Below are positions 12,698-24,200 of a stretch of DNA of 64,000 bases, in pieces. The stretch lies in NCBI GenBank assembly GCA_965113315.1, contig OZ220365.1; one strand, given 5' to 3'. A program made the position numbers and the translations under genes. The notes beneath the pieces are model-generated. The model saw only the letters and a list, made by a program, of their open reading frames with translations, ran no database searches and was not told the DNA's origin. This stretch comes from Podarcis vaucheri. Lineage: Eukaryota. Positions within the stretch are counted from its first letter, which is position 1. Each line of letters starts with the position of its first letter.

Positions 12698-13438
12698 GAT
12701 GGGGAGGATTCAGTTGTGTTCAGATGCTCTGCAAGGCAGGACCAGGAAGACACAGGGCACTCTTGGTGGTCCCAGACACTCCATCCTCCTTTCTGCGTTT
12801 GGGCCTGAAAGACCAAGGGAGAGGGTGTGCATGTGGAGGGTAAGATGGACGCAAGTGTAATTGGTGACAGTATACAGCAGCATTGCTGATCGTGGGGCAT
12901 GGGGGTTAAGGCTTCCCAGTTTTGTGGTGCTTGAATGGACTTAACTCTGGTGGGTTTTTGGTATTTGAGCCAAAACTTTAGTCGAGCATATTTGAAATTA
13001 TTGTATTGTCAGGCAATATGAGTAACCAGATGCTTTATGAATAAATTACCAAGTAATCCTATACTGTAGTCTATACTAATTTAGTAATTTAATATATTCA
13101 TCCTATATGTTTGTGAGGGAGAGACCTCCTGTGACACTCTAGCAACCATCAGGCCCCACCTGAACTATACATTTAAAGCAGTATCATACCACTTTAAACA
13201 GTCTGGGAGTTGTTACGGGTGTGGCTGTAGAAAAGTTATGAGCACCTTCAACAAGAAAGCAGCAGGTAAAAGATTCATCAGTCAGTGATGCATTGGATGA
13301 AACTGGATATAATCCCTGAAGGAGTTTGTGGCTAAAACTCTTCCCAAGGACTCTAGATTTGGACATGATAGAAAAAGATGCTCTATTTTCCATTATATCT
13401 TATACTTATTTTCCCACTGTACTGTTTGTTCCCTCATA

Positions 13439-13582
13439 CAGTGGTACCTTGGTTTACGACCATAATTCGTTCTGGAGGTCCGTTCGTAAACCAGAACAGG
13501 TCGTATCCCAAGGTGCGCTTTCACCAATAGGGCCTCCAAAAAACTCCAGTCGTAATCCAAAATAATTTGTTCGTAAACCAAA
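13439..13582. mobile_element. Truncated Tigger/mariner-like MITE
   Basis: TA|CAGTGGTACCTTGGTTTACGAC...GTTCGTAAACCAA. Confidence 0.65.
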
Positions 13583-13717
13583 CCAGAGTTTGAAAGGCCA
13601 AGGATTGTGGTCAAATTGCCCAGCAAGGCATTTGCATCTTCTTCCTGAGCTAGTCCGAGAATTATGCTAAAATGTTTGTGCTCATTCTGAGCAAATGCCA
13701 AGTATTTTCTTCCAGTA

Positions 13718-13943
13718 CAGTGGTACCTCGGGTTACATATGCTTCAGGTTACAGACTCTGCTAACCCAGAAATAGAACCTCGGGTTAAGAACTTTGCTTC
13801 AGGATGAGAACAGAAATCGTGCTCTGGTGGCACGGTGGCAGTGGGAGGCCCCATTAGCTAAAGTGGTGATTCAGGTTAAGAACAGTTTCAGGTTAAGAAC
13901 GGACCTCCGGAACGAATTAAGTACTTAACCTGAGGTACCACTG
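13718..13943. mobile_element. Tigger/mariner-like MITE
   Basis: TA|CAGTGGTACCTCGGGTTA...TAACCTGAGGTACCACTG|TA; same family as 525-717. Confidence 0.88.
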
Positions 13944-14129
13944 TACATAAATCTTAGTATAACAGTATACTAAGACTTCTTTATTACCAGACCTTTATTA
14001 CTGCACTTGCTGACTAATGGGTAGAGAGAACCAACCAAACTGGTCTAACAAAGCAAACTGGGTATATTATGACAAATGAAATGGTGTCAGAAGACTTGGA
14101 AAAAACTAATTACTTGCCAAAGATCCTTC

Positions 14130-14540
14130 TGCAGCCTGAATCTGATTGCCTGGCTCCATCTCAGTTGGGTTTTAAGCCTGGTTTTGGAATACACAGCTTT
14201 GCTGTGAGAAAGATAAGGAGTGTAATCCTGATGATGCTCTTGGATCTTTTGATACCAACCATAGTATCCTTCTGGATAGGATGTCCAAGTTGGGTGTTGG
14301 AGGTACTGTTTTGCAATGGTTCCTTTCTTACCTAGAGGCCACTTCCAAAAAAAGGGGGGGGGGGTTATACTTTTGTCACACAGGGTTTCATCTCCATGCT
14401 ATTTAACATCTACATGAAATCACTGGGAGAGGAGGTGTCACTAATATGCAGGTGACATTCAGCACTTTCATCAAATACAGGAGAGGAAGTGGATCAGTGC
14501 CTGTATGCAGTAATTGACAGAATGAGGGCTAATAAGCCAT
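14130..14540 (+). mobile_element. L2/CR1-group LINE reverse transcriptase remnant
   Basis: Decayed QxGFKPGFG, LLDL..FDT.NH.ILL.R, VLQWF.SYL, LFNIYM motifs. Confidence 0.65.
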
Positions 14541-14566
14541 GCCTGCCTTTTATAGATATTTAGACT

Positions 14567-14669
14567 TTTTGTTGTTTAGTCGTTTAGTCGTGTCCGACTC
14601 TTCGTGACCCCGTGGGCCAGAGCACGCCCAGCACTTCTGTCTTCCACTGCCTCCCGCAGTTTGGTCAAA
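14567..14669 (-). mobile_element. RTE-BovB 3' end, 5'-truncated, 9-bp TSD
   Basis: - strand GGGGTCACGAAGAGTCGGACACGACTAAACGACTAAACAACAA; ATTTAGACT at 14558-14566 and 14670-14678. Confidence 0.85.
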
Positions 14670-15157
14670 ATTTAGACTATACATCTAAGTAATAAAATGG
14701 GCTTTTGTGTCAACCTATTAAATCATTCTTTTGGGTGACTGTGTGAAATTTAAACCGGTGCAGGGAACAGGCTAAAATTATGCTACAGTGCATACAATGT
14801 GTGGCAGATGTATGTGTGATAGTCAACTAAATTTTACTCATAGTAGACCAAATGAAATAAACAAGTCATGTTCAGTAATTGGGGTCTACTCTGAGTAAAA
14901 CTTAGTTGAGCAGCACCCTGTGTTGCCACTTTTGCCTTCTGGCAACTGGTTCTTCACTGAAATCAGCTGTATTTCTTCTGGATATATCCAATAATTCTCA
15001 GTTATAGAAAAGGATTTTGTTTTCTGTTGGGTTCCTAAAAGGAAGTGATTCAATTATTTAGAATTCACAAAAATAATCGGGAACAAAGGACTTGCACCAT
15101 CAACAACATACAAAAAAAGTGGTCACTGCTCTTTACTGAGGTAAGTTAACACAGCAA

Positions 15158-15269
15158 CTAAAGTCTTTTCAGGCAATGAGCTGAATCTGTACTTAATGCT
15201 TCAATCATGGTTCTTAATGTTGGAAAGTATTCTGATACCAGTGGGAGACTCTTGTAAGAAGGCGAAATG
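15158..15269 (-). CDS. TTC13: TTC13 exon 23 (last coding exon)
   Basis: ISPSYKSLPLVSEYFPTLRTMIEALSTDSAHCLKRL*; tccag| acceptor, TAG at 15158-15160. Confidence 0.95.
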
Positions 15270-18200
15270 CTGGAAAAGGAAAATGCAAATATTAATAGAA
15301 ACATAGTCCATGACTTAAGTTTGAAATAAACCTGATATTTTGTATTTTTGCTTAAGCACTCCAAAAATGCTAATTTAACTCAACTGGAACTTTATTGCTC
15401 AAGTCTTGGGGCAAGTGACTACCTATGCATTTTGTCTTCAAAATGTTCTAGCATTAAAATACCAAGTTTCACAATAGTATGGTTCATTATTTCAGACATT
15501 TAACACCATATATTGTAGAAGAACTGTTAAGTAGATTGCGATGATAACTATCAGTGAAGGAAGCTAATTATCACCATGGTTCTAATCCAGAAAACCACAA
15601 AGAAATTTAATGTATTAGGTTATTTTTCCCTTCCGCTAGAGAGTAAAATGCCACACATGCAGACCTCTATGGTGTGCCAAATTCAAACAGTTCTTTCTAG
15701 TTTGGGTCTATTGCCTCATGTAACTTTAGCACTACTTAAATTTATAATAGGAACCAGGCCTTTTAGATGTGGTGGTTTAAGTTTAACAAGAACTACATTG
15801 TTATCACAAACTATATTTGAGTAGTGTCACAAGCAGCAGCCATAGATATATGGGCAGAGGGTGAAATGCAATAGCTGCCATAAGTTGGAATTTGTGAAAG
15901 CACTCTTCTGTTAACTCAACTTTTCAAAGTAACAAAGACTGCCTTTCTGAGGAAAGCTGGGACTTTTTTTTTTAGGACATGCAAAACCTTGAGCCAACAT
16001 TAACAATTTTACCTTTTCAGATTCAGCCAATCTTTTGTCACTTTACTGAAGGCCTCTGATCCAGCTGCTGTCATAGCTTCAAAATCAATCAGCTGGAACA
16101 CACATTAAATATAAACAACTAAATGCAAAAATAAGTGCACTGTCAGAACATACCCTCACATTTAGCACCATCGAAAAGGTATTTGTAATGGAAGTTGGAA
16201 GACGAGAAGAGCTGAACTGTATGCTTTGGATTTGTTTGCTTTAAATATGCTATTTTAGCAGTTGTGGTATAACAATGAAAGGCTGAAGTTGCTAGTATGA
16301 TTTCAAGGGGGGGGGGGAGATTTAAAATTTAAAGAAAACCATCATCACAAGAGACAAGATGAGTGCGGTATAAATAATAAAGTATTATTATTATTGATGA
16401 TGATGCTTCCTGTTGCAAGACACAAAGTTCCAAACTATTTTGAAGCAAAAAATGTGAAAAACTTCATTTGATCATAAAGAGAAGTTACTATTGTCCTAAT
16501 AGCATAGAAACTATCATCTCATTTACAACACACTCCATCACTTCTAGCATCTGCCAAGAACAATAACAGGAACATTACCTAATGATAGTTAAATCTAGGA
16601 AATAGATTTACTAGGAAGCAAGTTCCACTGTGTGATATATCCAACACTGCACAAGAGGAAGTTCACTCATGCAATGGAAGTTCTTTTCCTATTCCCCACC
16701 CCACTGCCAAATGCAAATTTCCAGTTAGTTCTAGATGGTGCCCTAACCCTCCAGAGCAGGTCAGGGGGAAAGGGTAGGGTGAAGAACTTCTGCAAACGGT
16801 TCTCATTCCATTTGCAGGTAGACAACACTGGACATCACCTTCTGAGATTAGGATTGCTGCTTTATTTAATTATTTTGCTACACCAACAGTTTCCAGTCCA
16901 TAGGGCTACTTCTCACATTGAAACAGGAATGCTCTCTCACACATCTCACTTCTTTTTCAAAATAACATGTCTTTATCTTTTGAGAAGTTGCAGGTATTCA
17001 CAAACTGCTTCCTGAACATCTGCATTACTTCATACCTAGCCCCACATTATGCTTTAAATAACTTTTTTGGACACAGGTGTGACCTGCGGGAAAAACTTGG
17101 GTGTCACAAGCTGCTCTTTTCTAAATTTCAGGGCATATTATTCAGAGTGTACCTTTCCTTTTGGAATCTTTCCTGATACTTCTTTTCCACTTGCCATTAG
17201 AGCTCCCATGACTATTGAATAAGCCACCACACTGTGAAACAAACAAAAACAGAAGAAATAAAATGCACACAAAGCATTCCATGGAAACACAAGAACATAT
17301 TTTACTGCTTTTAAAGGTTAAGAGATTCTCCATTTTCATAAATATTTAAAATCAATGCAATGTACTTGTGACCTGGCTGTATTAATTTCAATATTGCTAT
17401 ATCGAGCTTAATAGTGCAATCCTGTACAGAAGTAAGATGCATTGAGTGCAACAGGATTTACTTTCAAGTGTATTTTTAAAAAACTGCAGAGTGTAAGACA
17501 AGTTTTAAAGTTTTAACATGTCAAATACAAAATGAGAAATACATCTACAAAATGGAGAAAATGTTCTCTCATTAAAGATGCACACAAGAATAATATGACT
17601 GCCAACATTTATGTAAAAGTGTTTAGGACTTGGGGCAGGAGAAAGAAGAACTGGTAAGGTAAGATCTCATATCACTGTGCACAATGTAATCTTTATGGAT
17701 ACAGTTATTACATAAGAAGAAAGATACTAACCTGGACCCTCTGGACAGAGGCATTAAGTTATAGAAATAATATACGAGAGACAGGATTAGACTGCACACA
17801 GCATCCGACTCCTAAGAAAAATAAAACCATGTATTTAACATGAAAAATCAAAATAGCAATAGAAAACTGCATGCACCAAGCAAATTAAATTAAATGAATG
17901 GAATTTGTGGAAATAAACTGTTTTCATTCTGCAATATGCAGTATTTTATTATCTGTATAATTCTTTATTAAGTTGGTAGTTGTAGCATGACAAGAAGCAG
18001 CATTCAAGCAGGAAAAGGTGTATATAGGACAGTAAGCCATATAGACATGTTTCATTTGCTAAGGCCTTCTAAGCTTTGTATATAATGTGGTTGTTTCTCA
18101 AGCCGTGCTAAAAAACATTTTTTTAATCTGCCATGTTAATTTTGGGGGCGGGGGGGGGGTGTCAGATTGTGAGTTACCATGAATAGTAATGGAACAGAAA

Positions 18201-21200
18201 GGACAGATAAGAGATTTTAAAAACGGGTTGGATCCAGAGCTCCTGTGAGCAGAATTCCTGCTGGAAGAAGGTAGGGTGGGGATCAGATTTTAAGCCAATA
18301 GCTCTTGGGAGGAAAAGGCATCCATGTGTGGGAGGTGGCATTTGGGGGGAATGAGAGAAAAGAGCCTCCCCTTTCCTTCCGAGGGAGCTTCTGTTGTATC
18401 TCAGTGCGTTCCACAAATGGAAAAAGGCTGTTCACAGAAAGGACACTCTGGATCCAGCCCAACAAAAATAAATTTTAAAATGTTTAAACAATGCATTGCA
18501 TTTAACCATAAATAGGAGTAATCTCTTAAATATTTTATAGTGATGGCATGTGTTTTAACTAATACTTTGTGTTGGACTGGTGCCTGGAAGCAGTAATGGG
18601 CTGGATGAGGGCCAATAAACTGAGGCTGAATCCTGACAAGACACAGGTCCTATGGGTAGGTTGGTTCTCAGGTCTGAGAATTGGCTGGACATATAGCTTT
18701 AGATGCATAGTCTGGGGTTGTGCTTGACCCTGCGCTCACTTGAGGCTCAGGTGACTTCAGTGGTGTGCTTGGACTAACATATATAAATAATTTTATTTGC
18801 TTGCCATCTTTCCAGAGTTAAAACTATGCTCAATGTGGCTTACAACATGAAAAAATACATAATGATGAACATAACAAAAATAGTCATAAACAAAAAATCA
18901 AAAAGTAAACAACCAAATTGAAACAATTTCCACATAAACAACATCCATAACAACATCTTAAATAAAGATACAAAAAATTAACAACAATAACAGCAACAAC
19001 AACCCCCCACCCACCCATTGTGTCCAGTTTGGCTCTAAGAAAGTTGGTCTAAAAAACACTGACATGTGAAAATCAAGGGCAACATCTTACATGATGTTGC
19101 CCTTGAAGGGGATACAAAAGCTATAATTGGAGCAGAACGTGGCTGACAGAATGTGAACTGGTACGGTTTGTTGAAACATTTTGAAAAGCTGCCTATATGC
19201 TTCTGAGACAAAATTAAAGGTGCTGATGTTGACATGCCAAGCCTATGATGATGATGATGATGATGGTGATGATGACAATTTCCATACCACCCTTCAACCA
19301 GTGATCACAGGTTGGTTCACAAATGCCTTGGGATGCAAATATTGGAAGAAACATCTCTCTGTGTATCAGCCTGCCTGTGCTCTTAGACCTTTTGGGCTCA
19401 TGATACTAAAAACTACCGTATTTTTTTGCACCATAACACTCACTTTTTTCCTCCTAAAAAGTAAGGGTAAATGTCTGTGCGTGTTATGGAGGGAATGCCT
19501 ACGGGTGGCATGCCTACGGATTTTCCTCCTCTAAAAACTACGTGCATGTTATGGTCAGGTGCGTGTTATAGAGCGAAAAATACGGGTAATTACATAATGG
19601 AAGATCTTACCCCAGATTCTGCAGATGAAACAAGTAGTTTTCCTTTAGTAGTTAAGTCTTTATAAAGAGCATCTATTTCTGCATGATAGAGTTGTGTTCT
19701 TTCTTCTGTTGTCTGAGTTTCAACTGAAAATAGTATGTTCCCAATCCTGAAAATATATGTCTACATCAGAGGCATGTTTTAAAATAAACACATACATTCA
19801 ACAACACATACATAAACAAACACATACAAATGCCTACAGATTATATATGATTGGTTATGTTGCTCTAAAATGTATTTCAATAATTTCCAGTTGAATATAG
19901 AAATGAGTGCAATGTTACTTTGGCTTTTGACCAAATATCAAAACTGAAAAAGCAACATAAAAAGACAAAGCAGATTTTTGTTAATTAGTTGGTAATATTT
20001 TTAATCTTTTTTTAAACACACACTCGCACAAATATGGCGAGATGATTATGAATGGGCAGAAGCAGGACCTGGTGGAACGGACCCTTTAGCTACTACATTG
20101 CCTATATAAAAATTTAGTGAGTATCCCTGAAAAGGAAAAATACAGAATATTGCTTTGATACCCCCCCCCCTTTTTTCACAGAAGAAGAGTTGTTATACTA
20201 GTATATTAATTGGGGAGCATAAGCAGCAAGAACAAGGGTGGGTAACATGTGCCATCCAAACTGTATACCTGAGAAGCTTCCAATATGGATAAGGATAAAA
20301 CTATAATAAGTGTATACAACTTACAAGCTGTTAATAAAGTCTGTTAGGACATGTTTGCATGGATTATATGGGTGTAAATATATTAATTTAATACCACATT
20401 GAAGCACATAAAATGCAGCTTTGCTGACAAAGTTTACTACAGAAGGAAAACCAAGCATATTTGAAATCTGCCAAACCTTTGACTGCTATAACACTGTCTT
20501 CAATTTATTTTTTTTAAAAAATAATTAAAATAAAGACTAGTAAGCTTTTGCCTGTAGTTTACATGATATAAAATAGAAACTTAGCTTACTTATCTCCTGT
20601 TATGGTGATAGTAAATCCATCATACTCCTTTCCTGGATCTTTGAGGCTTGGGACTTTGGTGTTGACCGTGAATCCATCTCTTGTTTTACTGTGGAGCTGC
20701 TTTCAAACAAATATCAAAAAGTGGATTTCGTTTGTTTGTTCCATATTACAGTTAAGACAATTTCAGCTTTCCTTTATACTACATAGCTAGGTAAAGGGAC
20801 CCCTGACCATTGGGTCCAGTCGCAGACACCTCTGGGGTTGCGGCGCTCATCTCGCTTTATTGGCCGAGAGAGCTTCCAGGTCATGTGGCCAAAACTATGG
20901 CAAGGTTTCTTTCCCATTAAAGTTTACATCTAACATGCATTTCTCTCTCTCACTGCTAAAAGAAGTTCACCTATCGCACTCAGGAGGGCTCCTGAAAGTA
21001 TGGAAGGTTTGCTGTTTGTGGACTATGGCCTCCCTAAACATATGCAAATATATTAGAGCTCTTTTTAGGCATACCACACAACAGAGATGTGCTAAAAACA
21101 TAGAAAAGATAATAGTTTTCCCTAGTTGTTGATACTTGGGCTATTTCATATTTTCCTGTTTAAATATCAGATGCATGTTGACATTCTTCTTCCGACATGG

Positions 21201-24200
21201 AAGTCAGGACCTGCACAGGAAAACCATTTTGTCAACAGTCTTTAGAGAATTATTGAATTATTCAGCTAACTGCTTTCAACTAATAGAAAACAGCACCCTC
21301 AAGGTTATACATTCAATCTCAGAGGGGATTATTTTTCGCTGAAACGGTTGCTAAATTGTGAAATTCTGCCAGTTTGACCCTATGAATAAGTAACACATGA
21401 CCCACTCTGACAAAATGAAGTGTTGGCCTCCTACTCAAAGTTACTCACCTCTTTCATTTCATGCTATTTGTATCTATTCATTTATGCGGTATTTGTTAAG
21501 TCTTCCTTGTAATTACTTAAAATGCAGTAAGATCCATTGAGCTTATTTTCTTTACTATGGACAATTTTGCAATTAAAAACCCCTTCATCATTCCAAGAGA
21601 CACTAATAAACACCCACAATTTGTTATAAAACACTGTAATACACAGAAAACTAGCTTGGAGTTTAGTGAGCTTTCCCTTGCAAAATGACCTTCCTCAGCA
21701 AACCCTCATTGTGTACTAGAAAAAAATCATATCCAAGTTTAAAATGGTAACTTTAAGTCCATTTCCACTTTCACATGAAATTTGAAGGATCATCACTAAC
21801 TAATGTTGTTTCCATAATCTTATTTCTAATATTAACAAAAATACAGTTATTTTGCGGGATGGGAGAGGAATTGGGGGGGGGGAGATAGAAAGACTACCTT
21901 CATTATTGGGAGAAGATCTTCTACTTTTTGCACTTGCTCCAGAGCTTCTCGAACGTCTACTAGTTCTTTGTGGTTATTAGCACTAAATGGTTAGACAAAA
22001 GGGTTCAATAGAATTTCAAAAAAAAATCTAGTTTTTATATTAATGTGAACATATTCTAACAAGAAAACACAATAGCTTTTTAGCATACCTAGGTTATGTT
22101 ACTGAGAAAATAACCTATACAAGATAACCTATTTATATACAAAGTTAAACCTGGTTGGCATCCGTGTGTCTTGGGAGACGATGGAAAAGTGTGCTGTGGG
22201 CGTAGAGAGAGATACAGGGGAGACATGTTTCACTGAAGCTGGGGCAGATGAAGGTGTCTGGTTGTGCTGATGCAGATGCACCACGGGATTTCTTCTCTTT
22301 GCGCTCTTCCCAATGGTCATTCCTCCACCAATCATCATTATGGATACTGAACTATCTGTCTGTCTCCAGGCACTGCTGTCATCTGCAAGGGATTCCCACA
22401 TGGCAGGGTTCATGCATATCACTTTTGTAGACATTGTTGGCAGAGTTGGTCTGCCAATGGGCCTAGTGCCTGAAGTGGGCTCCCTTTAGAGCATGCCCTT
22501 GGAGATCCTACCATCTTCCATTCTGTGGACATGACCTAGTCAGTGTAGACGCTGCTGAGACAGGAGTGCAAGCATGCTAGGAATGTGGGTTTAGGAAAGC
22601 ACATCTTTGATTGAAAATCTGTCCTGCTATGTGGTATCCAAAATCTTCCTGACACAGTGGATATGGAAGGCATTGATGCATCACTCCTGATGGTTGTAAG
22701 TTGCCCACAACATACTTCCATAAAGCAGCATGCTCAACATGCAAGTCTGGTAGACCTTCATTTTGGTATTTGCAATTTCCTAGGATATTAGTCTTTGTCA
22801 GGTAAGGCTGAACTCCCTGCAGGCTTGGGCAAAACAGTTGATAAGTCTCAGTAGAGCTTCCTCAGAGTGCACTGTGAGGCTGTGTCATCTGCAAGCAATG
22901 TCTCTCAGATAAGGACCCGCTGCACTTTTCTTGGTGCAGGGACATGCCAGATTGAACTGACCCCCATTGCTCCTTGAATGAACACACCGTCTTCAGTCAA
23001 GCTGAATGCATATGAGAGCAACAGGGAGAAGAATATGCTAAAGAGAGTTGGGCGAGAACACAGCCCTGTTTCACACCACTCTTTATAGTTTAATGTTATA
23101 ATGAGCCCGTGTCCCCTTCTCTGATGTGACTGCAAGGAGACTGAAAGCATTTGCTTCCATTTTCAACTAATCATGGTTGTCAGTAGGTATGAAAGGGCTA
23201 AACTGCCCTTAGTTTTACCTACAGTTTATCTGATTAAGGCAACCTCAACCATCATTAAAACTAACCACAGTCTACCATTATGTCCAAACTGGGACAAACA
23301 CATCTGATCTCATCAGAGCTGCTCCACAGGAGGAGCATGGGAACTTGAGGCTCATCCATGATTATTTCCACAGCAATAACTAAAATATAGTTTAGAGTTA
23401 TGTTGAACAAGGCAGACTGAAGCAGTACATACTGTTATTACTACACCTTTCCCTTCCTGATATTGTCCTGTGTTAAAAATATATATGTTGACCCGTTGTT
23501 CCATCTTTCTATTTTCATTTGTAATCTTAATATATATGTATGTTCTACCCCACCCTTAAAGGATTCTGGAACAGTGACTGACTCTTAGGGTGAAATAAAG
23601 TGGCATCTTCATAGTCACTGAGTGAGCTTCACCACTGAGCAAGGGCATTTCCCATATTCAACTTGACACTCCAGCTGCTCTTCAGCTTTTACTCCTTACA
23701 CATTCATGCTTCCATTTCTTTACTCTTCATCATCTTCTCTCCTGTTAAGACTTTTAAAAAACAATTATCTCAATAAATACAAATTAGTTTTCTTCTCTTG
23801 GCTCTTTTTTAGTCTTCTTTCCCCTTTTGCTGCTACTCCATTCTCTTCTATGTTGATAACAAAAATAGATCTTCTAAAATCTTCTTCTTCAGCATTCTCA
23901 TTGGCCTGGCTTTCCCTGACCATAGTTTATACCTTTCCTTCATCATCTTCAAACTTGCCTCAGCCTCCTGGCTGCATACAGTCAATCTGACAGTCAGAAC
24001 TGCCAACGTCCAAGTTTTCAACGTTGCTATATTTTGATAGTTTTGTCTCCTGCTACTGGAAAAGCATTTGTTTATTCTCTCATATATTTTTTTTTTTTTG
24101 TTTGCCAGTTTTTCAGCTTCAGCCTCTCCTCTCTGTTCTTAACTCTGTTGCCCATTCGGTTTATTCTGTATCTCAATTTGCCCATATTTTTCCTGCGTTA

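Noticed and set aside
20040-20130. Possible C/D box snoRNA (ATGATTATGA...CTGA)
   Set aside because: Box C is imperfect, no terminal stem, and it is antisense to the host gene
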